64,000 nt of DNA from positions 37,523-101,522 of the forward strand of contig CAYQPF010000003.1 in NCBI GenBank assembly GCA_964419225.1, written 5' to 3'. Below, in pieces: positions 38,347 through 47,327 of this stretch. The position numbers and the translations under genes are program-made. The notes beneath the pieces are model-generated. The model was not told the origin of the DNA. It made no database searches and saw only the letters and a list, made by a program, of their open reading frames with translations. How positions within the stretch are numbered: the stretch's first letter is position 1; every line of letters starts with the position of its first letter. Origin of the DNA: an uncultured Candidatus Cloacimonadota bacterium. GTDB taxonomy: Bacteria; Cloacimonadota; Cloacimonadia; Cloacimonadales; CAYQPF01.

Positions 38347-39594
38347 ATGGATAAAGCTCTTTCTCCGTCTCAAAAAAGGAAGAAATACTATAAACCGGCG
38401 GTTATTACATTTACACTGCTGGTTTTTTTTGTTTTACTCTACACACTTGTTCTGAAAAATCTGACAACAATATCTGCTAATCTCAACGATATAACCACAG
38501 CTAAAGCATCTGTCATGGATTTGGAAATATCTTTTACTGTAGATGCTAAGGTCACTCCTCAGGTTATCTATCAGGTGGAATCTTCTGTCGGTGGTAAAAT
38601 TGAAAGTCTCAAACTCAAAGCAGGAGATCAGGTGCAAAAAGGTGATGTGATCCTGATTCTCAGTAACGATGATATGAAGATGGAACTCCTTAGTCAGGAG
38701 ACAGCCGTCCTCGATCAGGAGAATAACCTTTATACAGCGAAAGTCCAGTCTAATCAAAGCCGTCTGACTCATAAACGGGAACTCGCCCAATATCTTCAGG
38801 AAATCACCAAGGCAAAACGTGTTTACCGTAAGAATCAGGAACTCTATAACAAAAAATATCTGTCTGAAGAAGAATTCCTTGATTGCAAAGAAGACCTGAG
38901 TTTGCTTGAACAAAAATACCAATATACGATCGAAGAAGCTAAAACAGATTCCCTTTCCCGTGAAGCTCAAATCGAACAATCAGAACAATCATTAAAACAT
39001 ATAAAACTTACCCTTGTCCAAATGCGGAATAAAATTCAAAGTCTGACCGTCAAAGCTCCTATTTCCGGTGTGATCACAGATTTGGATCTGCTTGAAGGTC
39101 AATTTGTCAATATCGGATCCAAGATAGCCATCATTGAGGACAGCACGAAATTCTATCTCAGAGCATCAGTTGATGAGTATTATCTCCCGCGACTCAAATC
39201 CGGTGCACGTGCCAAGATGAATTTTAATGAACAGAATTATTGGCTGAACGTAGCCAAGATCAGCCCCAAGCTCTCCAATGGCGGAGTACAGGTTGATTTT
39301 GCCGGAGACTTGCCTGCTAATCTTAAGTCAGGCCAAAACGTTAGTCTGGATATCATTGGATCTGTAAAAAAGAATGCTCTGACCATTCCCACCGGGCAAT
39401 ATCTCACAGATACTAATTCCAACTGGGTCTATGTAGTAAACAAAGAGAGAAATAAAGCTATCAAGCGTAATGTCAAAATTGGTGATGGGAATCTTAAGGA
39501 GGTCACTATTCTTTCCGGGCTGAATGAAGGGGAAGAGATAATTGTCTCTTCTTATGAGAAATGGCTGAACAAATCACAAATCAATTTGAAGTAG
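38347..39594 (+). CDS. Efflux periplasmic adaptor (HlyD/MacA-like)
   Basis: N-terminal TM, lipoyl half-motifs (GDQVQKGDVI; VKAPISGVIT), coiled coil, ILSGLNEGEEII. Confidence 0.9.
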   Translation: MDKALSPSQKRKKYYKPAVITFTLLVFFVLLYTLVLKNLTTISANLNDITTAKASVMDLEISFTVDAKVTPQVIYQVESSVGGKIESLKLKAGDQVQKGDVILILSNDDMKMELLSQETAVLDQENNLYTAKVQSNQSRLTHKRELAQYLQEITKAKRVYRKNQELYNKKYLSEEEFLDCKEDLSLLEQKYQYTIEEAKTDSLSREAQIEQSEQSLKHIKLTLVQMRNKIQSLTVKAPISGVITDLDLLEGQFVNIGSKIAIIEDSTKFYLRASVDEYYLPRLKSGARAKMNFNEQNYWLNVAKISPKLSNGGVQVDFAGDLPANLKSGQNVSLDIIGSVKKNALTIPTGQYLTDTNSNWVYVVNKERNKAIKRNVKIGDGNLKEVTILSGLNEGEEIIVSSYEKWLNKSQINLK

Positions 39595-39641
39595 AATTTT
39601 ATGAATAAAGGTATTGGTTATAACTCCAGAGAAAAAGAATA

Positions 39642-39827
39642 TTTATCCACAGAAAGACACAGAGGGACACAGATTTTAGAGAAAACTCAGGATAGTTTTA
39701 TCTGGAAAGCATCTATAAAAGTTCAATTCTTGCGGGTCTTTTCTCTTCCCCTCTGTTTGGAACGGTTCATAACCGTTCCGCAAAGAATCCCCCTGACCAC
39801 TGACTACTGGCTACTGACTACTAACCA
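39642..39827. repeat. Spacer mosaic: 9/10-mer arm, REP-like palindrome and heptamer array
   Basis: tttatccacagaaagacacagagggacacagatt (39642); GGAACGGTT-cat-AACCGTTCC (39759-39779); (CTGACTA)-type x5 at 39793-39827. Confidence 0.8.
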
Positions 39828-39838
39828 AGGATTTACAC

Positions 39839-42253
39839 ATGCTTAAAAAATACACTTCCGGACTCTGGTACAATTTCAAAAAAGAACCCATAAATTATCT
39901 TATAGCTGTTCTGGCTGTATCATTTGGGTTATCTGCCTTTGTTCTATTATGGAATTTCTGTATGTTTTATTATAATTTCGACAAAGGAGAAAAGGATTGG
40001 CAGAATTGGTATCGTATTCGTACTATTGTTCAGACATCAGAGGGTAAATTCACTCAGGGAAGTGAATTCTTTTACTTATTCGCTCCAATATTAAAGTCAA
40101 ATATTCCCGAAATCAAGGACATGCTGTTAGATTCCGATAGATACTTTGTATTTAGTGCTGTTTGCGATGGCAAAAGATTTCAACTCAAAAACATTCACAA
40201 TGTTTCCAAGAATTTTATTAAGCATTATCAATTGAAATTCATCTATGGTAATCCTCAAAAAGCTCTCGACGACTTTCATAGCTTAATTATCAGTAAAAGT
40301 AAAAGTGAACTGATGTTTGGACCAGTTAATCCTGTCGGAAAAAATATCTATATCAACGGAAAACTCCGCTACACTGTTTCCGGTGTATTTGCCGATATTC
40401 CCCAAAATTATCATCTTAGAAGTGATATATACGCTTATGATAATTGTTTTGAAATGCCTGCACGAGATTTTGAAAAGATCTATTTTGATCTGTTCGCTCC
40501 TGTGAGGTTTAAAATCCCTGACAAATCACAAGTACTGGTTGTTGAAAGTAAAATCAACATACTTCTTGCTCAATATAGTAAAAGTTTAGGTTCAGAGACG
40601 ATTAAAACTGTAAAACTGGATCCCATCAACAGAATTCACTTCATTTCCGGACTCAATTCTGATAAAAAGACACTGAATATCATGAATATTCATACTGTTC
40701 TGTTTATTGGTATTATCCTTCTTTTGGCTGCTTTACTTAGCTTTCTTAATCTGCATTTACTGAATTGGAAAAGAAGGACTGAAGAGTTTTCTTTTCGTAA
40801 AGCTATAGGTGCAGAACCCAAAGACCTTCTAATCCAGTTAGTAGCTGAATATGCTTTTCTTTTTATTTTCGCCGAACTCGTTGCTCTGGTTCTCTATCAA
40901 TTGTCGTATGCAATCTTTGCTTCAGTTTGTGGGCATGATGTCTATCTTTACAATATTTTAACTCCACTGAAATTATTTGCGTTCATGCTTGTTCCCTTGA
41001 TAATTGCTCTAATCTTAATCTTACCTCAGATATTCAAAACATCTTTTTCTCCTTACCTGAATGCAGAAAGAAGAGCAAAATCTAAGAGTTGGGGAAATGC
41101 GATAATTCTCTTTACTCAAATCACCATCACTCTTACTTTCATTATTTCTGCTCTAATAATCTCCTCTCAAATGCATCTGATCAAAACATCAAACCTTGGT
41201 TACACACCAGACAATCTTCTGGAATATGATTATACTTCTGTTAACTTTATGCAGGGGATTGCTACTCCTCCCACAGTTATCAATTCCATAAAGACTCTTC
41301 CATATGTTACGGGTTGTACATCCTCTCAGCTTAGTATTGTTAGTGATGTTCCTGAGCCAAAAAATATCCAGGAAAGGCCTTTAACTTATTTAAAATTAAA
41401 TAATAAAAATATACCGGTAAACTCAAAATATACCTGGGTTTATCCTGATTATTTTAGGCAAATGGGAATCAGAATAATAGCAGGACGAGAGTGTATTGCC
41501 GATTCCAAAACAGAAAAAATGGTTAATAAAGCATTTGTGGATAAATACCTGCAAAACCAAAATCCACTCGGCAAACAATTATTCTTCACAAATAACGATT
41601 CTCTAAAAACCAAAGTCATCTCTACAATATCAGGTGTTATAGATAATTATCAATTCTTTCCGCAATATTCTGAAGTCAAACCACTGATTTTTGGTACTAC
41701 AAAAAATTATACAAATTATTTTCAAATAAGATATGTGCCAGGCAAAAGAGATACTGTGAAAAAAGAATTGGATTCGCTCTTCACTATATTTTCTGGAAGC
41801 AGTTTCATGGGTTATGATAGTAAAGATGTTAGTTCTGTTCTGGATTCTTTCTATCAGGAAGATAGTATCTACCTCATGATTATTGTTTTCTTTGCCTTGA
41901 TGCTTTCAGTTCTTGTTTCCTTTAGTCTTTATTCGATTATGAGCTTGCATATCGATCGTCAGAAGAACGATATTACCCTGATGAAAGTCTGGGGGGCAGA
42001 GCCTAAACACATCTTAAGACAATACGGTCGATCATATTTCTTTATCCTCTTGGCAGGTGTGGTAACAGGATCAATTGCTTCCTGGTATCTGACAACTCTA
42101 TTCCTTAATCGTTTCGCACAGACAATACCTTACACTTTCCCCTACTATTTAATTGGAATTCTGATAGTAGTCTTAATGGTTTTCATACCTTTAATTCTAA
42201 ATATCAGACGCATTTACTATCAACAGTCAAATGATTCCCTTAGGTCTGAATGA
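39839..42253 (+). CDS. ABC transporter permease, duplicated MacB/FtsX type
   Basis: ~800 aa with two periplasmic domains and FtsX segments (FRKAIGAEPK; MKVWGAEPK). Confidence 0.88.
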   Translation: MLKKYTSGLWYNFKKEPINYLIAVLAVSFGLSAFVLLWNFCMFYYNFDKGEKDWQNWYRIRTIVQTSEGKFTQGSEFFYLFAPILKSNIPEIKDMLLDSDRYFVFSAVCDGKRFQLKNIHNVSKNFIKHYQLKFIYGNPQKALDDFHSLIISKSKSELMFGPVNPVGKNIYINGKLRYTVSGVFADIPQNYHLRSDIYAYDNCFEMPARDFEKIYFDLFAPVRFKIPDKSQVLVVESKINILLAQYSKSLGSETIKTVKLDPINRIHFISGLNSDKKTLNIMNIHTVLFIGIILLLAALLSFLNLHLLNWKRRTEEFSFRKAIGAEPKDLLIQLVAEYAFLFIFAELVALVLYQLSYAIFASVCGHDVYLYNILTPLKLFAFMLVPLIIALILILPQIFKTSFSPYLNAERRAKSKSWGNAIILFTQITITLTFIISALIISSQMHLIKTSNLGYTPDNLLEYDYTSVNFMQGIATPPTVINSIKTLPYVTGCTSSQLSIVSDVPEPKNIQERPLTYLKLNNKNIPVNSKYTWVYPDYFRQMGIRIIAGRECIADSKTEKMVNKAFVDKYLQNQNPLGKQLFFTNNDSLKTKVISTISGVIDNYQFFPQYSEVKPLIFGTTKNYTNYFQIRYVPGKRDTVKKELDSLFTIFSGSSFMGYDSKDVSSVLDSFYQEDSIYLMIIVFFALMLSVLVSFSLYSIMSLHIDRQKNDITLMKVWGAEPKHILRQYGRSYFFILLAGVVTGSIASWYLTTLFLNRFAQTIPYTFPYYLIGILIVVLMVFIPLILNIRRIYYQQSNDSLRSE

Positions 42254-42321
42254 AAATAATATGAATAAAAATAAACTACATACAGTCAATATCCAATCAG
42301 ATTGTCTCTGCCTAGGTCTTA

Positions 42322-42354
42322 CTGGCACCTGGCACCTGACACCTGATACCTGAC
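42322..42354. repeat. Heptamer array (CTG[G/A]CAC)-type, about 4.7 copies
   Basis: ctggcac ctggcac ctgacac ctgatac ctgac immediately before the RBS of the ATPase gene. Confidence 0.8.
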
Positions 42355-42369
42355 GAAATAGGAGTACAC

Positions 42370-43029
42370 ATGATTAAAGCTAGCAAACTTACCAAGATCT
42401 ACTACACTGATGAAGTAGAAACTACTGCTGTTAATGCAGTAAATTTTCAGATCCAACCTAATGAATTTGTGGCTATTAAGGGGCCTTCAGGTTGTGGTAA
42501 ATCAACCTTACTCAATCTTCTTGGCTTACTCGACTCACCTTCAGCCGGAGACCTGGAAATTCTGGGACAAAATGTCACTAAACTTAACGAACTTCAACGC
42601 ACCCGTATGAGAAAAGGTAAAATTGGTTTTATCTTCCAGAAATTTGATCTTATCGAGTCTCTCAATGTCTTTTCCAATGTGGAACTGCCTCTTTTATATC
42701 TGGACATGGAAAAAGAAGAACGCACTAAACGTGTTAATGAGATTTTACAAAGATTAAGTCTTTCCCACAGAGCTAAACACTTCCCAGCCCAGCTATCAGG
42801 CGGTCAGCAGCAACGTGTGGCAGTAGCCCGATGCTTTGTTTCGAATCCTGATTTGATTCTGGCTGATGAGCCTACAGGTAATCTGGATTCCCAAAATGGT
42901 CTGGATGTGATGAATCTCCTCAAGGAATTCCACGCAGAAGGTAAAACTATTATCATGGTTACGCATGATGATAAATTTGCTTCCTTTGCCCAAAGAACAA
43001 TTAAGCTGCTTGATGGACAGATAGTATAG
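42370..43029 (+). CDS. ABC transporter ATP-binding protein (MacB/LolD family)
   Basis: GPSGCGKSTLL, LSGGQQQRVA, ILADEPTGNLD, MVTHD. Confidence 0.96.
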   Translation: MIKASKLTKIYYTDEVETTAVNAVNFQIQPNEFVAIKGPSGCGKSTLLNLLGLLDSPSAGDLEILGQNVTKLNELQRTRMRKGKIGFIFQKFDLIESLNVFSNVELPLLYLDMEKEERTKRVNEILQRLSLSHRAKHFPAQLSGGQQQRVAVARCFVSNPDLILADEPTGNLDSQNGLDVMNLLKEFHAEGKTIIMVTHDDKFASFAQRTIKLLDGQIV

Positions 43030-43118
43030 GACAATTATTAATTATTAATTGGGGAGAAAGAAAAAACAGCAGGACTAGAGTTGTCGCTGACTATCCCGGC
43101 AGTAAAAAGGATTAAACT

Positions 43119-45524
43119 ATGATTAAAAAGTATTTATTAAGTCTCTTACATAATATCAAAAAGGAACCATTTAACTTTCTAATTGCTATCTTGGCAGTAG
43201 CAATTGGGTTATCTGCATTTACATTGCTCTTAAATTTCTCTCTCTTCTATTTCAATTTTGACAAAGGCGAAAAAGACTGGCAGAATTGGTATAGAGCTAG
43301 AATTATAACTCAGGATTCACCTGGAAACTTTACAAAAGATTGCTACTTCTATGTGGATTTTGTTCCATACATAAGGCAGGAAAATCCTGAAATAAAAGAT
43401 CACCTGACAGATTTTAATACAAATATAAAAATGAATTTGATCTGTAACGGCAAAAAAATTACAATGCCCGGGTTTAATTTAGTTACGGCAAACTTCGCAG
43501 AGCATTATAAACTAAGATTCATTTATGGAGATCCTAAGAAAGCAATTGTTGATAAGGGTCTGATAATAAGCAGAAGTGCAAATAACAGATTATTTAATGG
43601 GAAAAACTCCATTGGGACAAAATTATACTTCAATAATAATCTACGTTTTATTGTTACCGGTGTTTTCGAAGATATTCCAAAGAATTTTCATTATCGGAGT
43701 GATTACTATACCCTGCAGTATAATAATCCGGATTTGAAAACCCAAATTAGCGAATGGTCCTTTTACGGATTTGAGCATGTAAGATTCATGATTCCGGATA
43801 AAGCAAAAATTCCTGCTGTTGAAGCAAGAATTAATAAGTTATTCAAAAATCATACAGGTAAGCTTGGTATGCATAATAACATAACGGTAAAACTTGATCC
43901 TATCCACTCCTTGCATTTTACACAAGGATTGAATAATGATAAGAAAACAATCAACCCATCGAAAATATATTCCGTATTTATTGTAGGAATTCTACTTCTC
44001 TTTGCAGCATTGCTTAGCTTTCTCAACCTGCATATCTTACATTGGAAAAAGAGAATTGAAGAGTTTTCTTTCCGCAAAGCCATTGGTGCAGAGCCTAAAG
44101 ATCTTCTTATGCAGCTTTTGTACGAATACTCTTTTCTTTTTATTCTCTCAGAAATGGTTGCTTTGATTATATATTTCTTTGCATATCCTATATTTGCTCA
44201 ATTATGTGGACATGACATTATTCTTTATAATATCTTTAGTCCTTTAAAACTGAGTCTGTTTCTCGGAATTCCTCTACTATTGGCTATACTTCTTGCCATA
44301 CCACAGATTTATAAAATAGCATCATCTCCATATTTAGATTCAGAAAATCGCAGAAACAGTAAAAATTTGGGTAACAATCTGATACTATTTGCTCAAATAA
44401 CCTTAACACTCATTTTCTTAATTTCAGGGCAAGTCATCTATTCGCAAATTCACTTTATAAAAAGTGTTAATTTGGGCTATGATCAACATAACCTCATAGA
44501 AATAAACTATATTAGTGCTACGTTTCCTAATCAGATTGCTCCTAAAACAGTAATTCAAGCTGTCAGAACTCTGCCTCATATTACCAGATTATCAGGATCT
44601 CAATTCAGTGTGATTAATGAAAGTGAGAATTGCTCTGAAATATTAGCATCACCCAATACCTTCCTTAACATAAATAATAAATTAAAACCTATTAAGGCTA
44701 AACTGGCTGGCTTTTATCCTGATTTCAATACTAATTTGAAAATTAAAGTTCTTTCAGGAAGAATGCCAAACTCAGGGGCTAAAGAATTTATTGTAAATAA
44801 GACATTTGTTAATCAATACTGTTCAAAAATCAATCCCTTAGGATTAGAAATAATTTCAATATCAGATGATTCTACAAAAACAAGAACCACTTCAAAAATT
44901 ACAGGAGTTATGGATGATTGTTACTTTTTCCCGGTTCATGCTTCGATACAACCTCTAATGTTCTGGAGTAGTGAGGAATTTGTCCATTTTTTTCAAGTTG
45001 GATATAATAAAAGTAATAAAGAATTAGCAAGAAAGGAATTGGATTCACTGTTTACTAAGTTTGAAGGACAAGGGTTACATGCGTACGATAGCAAAGATGT
45101 GGAATTAACAGTTCAAGCTTTCTATAAAGAAGACAACTTATATCTTTTAATAATTTCCTTTATCGCTATTCTTCTTCTGATCCTAACCATATTCAGTCTT
45201 TATTCAATTACCAGTATCCATCTGGACAGACAAAAAAACGATATCACCTTAATGAAAGTCTGGGGTGCAGAACCCAAACATATTTTCAAGAAGTACAGTA
45301 AGTATTACTTAATCATCTTTGGGCTAAGTTCGATTGCAGGGATAGCTGTATCATATTATCTGACGAGTCTTTTTCTTAGTCGATTTTCCCAAACAATCGA
45401 GGTGACCTTCCAGTACTATTTCATTGGGTTGCTTATTACTGCACTGATTGTCGTTATCCCTTTGATTATCAATATCAGAAGGATCTATTACCAAAAATCG
45501 TCAGATACGTTAAGATCGGAATAA
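43119..45524 (+). CDS. ABC transporter permease, MacB/FtsX type (paralog of 39839-42253)
   Basis: Shares FDKGEKDWQNWYR, EEFSFRKAIGAEPKDLL, DRQKNDITLMKVWGAEPKHI and C-terminal LRSE with the first permease. Confidence 0.88.
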   Translation: MIKKYLLSLLHNIKKEPFNFLIAILAVAIGLSAFTLLLNFSLFYFNFDKGEKDWQNWYRARIITQDSPGNFTKDCYFYVDFVPYIRQENPEIKDHLTDFNTNIKMNLICNGKKITMPGFNLVTANFAEHYKLRFIYGDPKKAIVDKGLIISRSANNRLFNGKNSIGTKLYFNNNLRFIVTGVFEDIPKNFHYRSDYYTLQYNNPDLKTQISEWSFYGFEHVRFMIPDKAKIPAVEARINKLFKNHTGKLGMHNNITVKLDPIHSLHFTQGLNNDKKTINPSKIYSVFIVGILLLFAALLSFLNLHILHWKKRIEEFSFRKAIGAEPKDLLMQLLYEYSFLFILSEMVALIIYFFAYPIFAQLCGHDIILYNIFSPLKLSLFLGIPLLLAILLAIPQIYKIASSPYLDSENRRNSKNLGNNLILFAQITLTLIFLISGQVIYSQIHFIKSVNLGYDQHNLIEINYISATFPNQIAPKTVIQAVRTLPHITRLSGSQFSVINESENCSEILASPNTFLNINNKLKPIKAKLAGFYPDFNTNLKIKVLSGRMPNSGAKEFIVNKTFVNQYCSKINPLGLEIISISDDSTKTRTTSKITGVMDDCYFFPVHASIQPLMFWSSEEFVHFFQVGYNKSNKELARKELDSLFTKFEGQGLHAYDSKDVELTVQAFYKEDNLYLLIISFIAILLLILTIFSLYSITSIHLDRQKNDITLMKVWGAEPKHIFKKYSKYYLIIFGLSSIAGIAVSYYLTSLFLSRFSQTIEVTFQYYFIGLLITALIVVIPLIINIRRIYYQKSSDTLRSE

Positions 45525-45606
45525 GAGAGCTGAGTTTAAAAACTTGACTAACTTCTAAGATAATTATACTTTACTTAAAACTATAATTATAAAGTGAGAT
45601 TGGGAT

Positions 45607-47301
45607 ATGAATCAGTTTATTACACTGAATACAATCATGGGAAATGGTAAATCATATCAAATACCCATGTATCAAAGGGATTATTCTTGGGATAAAGAAG
45701 ACTGGGAAGACTTATGGAATGATATTTTAGAGCTTCCTCAGGATCGCACTCATTATCTGGGCTATTTAGTTCTTCAACAAATGAATGAAACCGAGGAAAC
45801 TTTTTGGGTAATTGACGGTCAACAACGTCTTACAACTGTCTCACTGATAGCTCTTGCCATTATAGCTCTGCTCAAAAAGTGGAGTGAACAGGGAATTGAA
45901 CAAGATAATAATAAAATCAGATACGAAAAGGAAATTGAAAGATACTTGGGTAACTTTTCAACTTCTAAACTCACCCTCAGTCCTAAACTTACTCTTAATC
46001 GAAACAATAATGATTTTTATAAAAGTTGGATGTTGAACTTTAGGCAACCACCTTCCTTATCTAAATTAAAACCTTCTACTAAATTGATGCAACAAGCTTT
46101 CAATTTCTACTATCAAAAAATTGAAGAAATGTTTGATACTCAAAAGTCAGGTGCTGAGTTAACTGATTTCCTCGAAAAAACTATCGGTAATGGATTAGTA
46201 TTCACTACTATTTCTGTGCAAAATGACTTAGATGCTTTTAAAGTATTTGAGACCCTGAATGCTCGTGGAGTTAAATTATCACCTGCAGATTTATTAAAAA
46301 ACTACTTGTTTAGTCAGGTTTCCAAAAGCAGTCAGCTTGAACTTGATGAATCTGAAAGAAGATGGCAAAACATCAATGATACTTTAAGAAACAATGAAAT
46401 CTCTACGTATTTACGACATTATTGGAATAGTAAATATAAACTTAAAAGACAACCTGAACTATTTAAAGCTCTTAAAAAAGAAATCAGTGAATCTGGTAAT
46501 CCTGCTATTCGAGCCTTTGATTTGTTAAGTGATTTAGAATATCAGGTGGTATATTATTCAGCATTTGGTAATCCGAGTGATGATCTTTGGAACAAGAGTG
46601 AAAGAAAGTATCTTAAAGTACTTAATTTGCTTGAAGTCACAACTTGTTACTCCTTGATGCTAGCTGCACTTCATAAGTTGAACAGATTGCATTTTGAAGT
46701 AATTTTAAGAGAATTAGTTCAAATTACTTTAAGATATAATCTCAGTGGTTTAAATCCGAATGAAGCTGAAAGACTTTTTTCTGAAGTAGCTAACAGAATT
46801 TCCAATAATGAATTAACTGATCCAAGAAGCATAGCCTTAGCTCTTAAGCCTATTTATGTACCTAACGATAATTTCGAAATAGCTTTTTCCAGTCTTAGTA
46901 TCAGTACCCGTCGCAAAAAAGATTTAGTTAAATATTTGCTGATTAGTATTGAAAATCAGATTTCTAATTCAGATTATCAATTTGAAGATGCTTCTTCTAC
47001 AATTGAACATATTCTACCTGAAAACCCTGGCATCATCTGGGAAGATAATTTTCCGCCGGATATCCAGGAAGAATTCATATATCGTGTCGGCAATTATACC
47101 TTGCTTTCTGCCAGTGTTAACAACAAGCTAAATAATGAAATGTCTTTTTCAGATAAGTTAAAACAATATGAACAATCCAAATATAAGTTGTCTAATGAGT
47201 ATTGCCAATATGATAAATTTACTCCCGAAATCATTCAACTCCGCCAGGATCAAATGGCTAAAGTAGCCAAAGGAATTTGGAAAAGCTCGTTTATTGTATA
47301 G
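45607..47301 (+). CDS. DUF262 + DUF1524 (HNH) protein, GmrSD/SspE-like
   Basis: IPMYQRDYSW, VIDGQQRLTT, FETLNARG, TIEHILPEN, GNYTLL...N. Confidence 0.9.
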   Translation: MNQFITLNTIMGNGKSYQIPMYQRDYSWDKEDWEDLWNDILELPQDRTHYLGYLVLQQMNETEETFWVIDGQQRLTTVSLIALAIIALLKKWSEQGIEQDNNKIRYEKEIERYLGNFSTSKLTLSPKLTLNRNNNDFYKSWMLNFRQPPSLSKLKPSTKLMQQAFNFYYQKIEEMFDTQKSGAELTDFLEKTIGNGLVFTTISVQNDLDAFKVFETLNARGVKLSPADLLKNYLFSQVSKSSQLELDESERRWQNINDTLRNNEISTYLRHYWNSKYKLKRQPELFKALKKEISESGNPAIRAFDLLSDLEYQVVYYSAFGNPSDDLWNKSERKYLKVLNLLEVTTCYSLMLAALHKLNRLHFEVILRELVQITLRYNLSGLNPNEAERLFSEVANRISNNELTDPRSIALALKPIYVPNDNFEIAFSSLSISTRRKKDLVKYLLISIENQISNSDYQFEDASSTIEHILPENPGIIWEDNFPPDIQEEFIYRVGNYTLLSASVNNKLNNEMSFSDKLKQYEQSKYKLSNEYCQYDKFTPEIIQLRQDQMAKVAKGIWKSSFIV

Positions 47302-47327
47302 TACTCTGTTATTCTATTTAAAACAAA

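Noticed and set aside
39643-39651. DnaA boxes (also at 56482) as a replication origin
   Set aside because: Isolated single boxes inside a repeat family; no box cluster, no unwinding element and no dnaA/dnaN context.
39601-39846. 81-aa ORF between adaptor and permease
   Set aside because: It is the translation of the repeat mosaic (LTTDYWLLTT comes from the heptamer array); probably not a protein.
39839-45524. DGR-like template/variable repeat between the paralogous permeases
   Set aside because: Differences are spread throughout and not adenine-specific, and there is no reverse transcriptase; this is an ordinary duplication.
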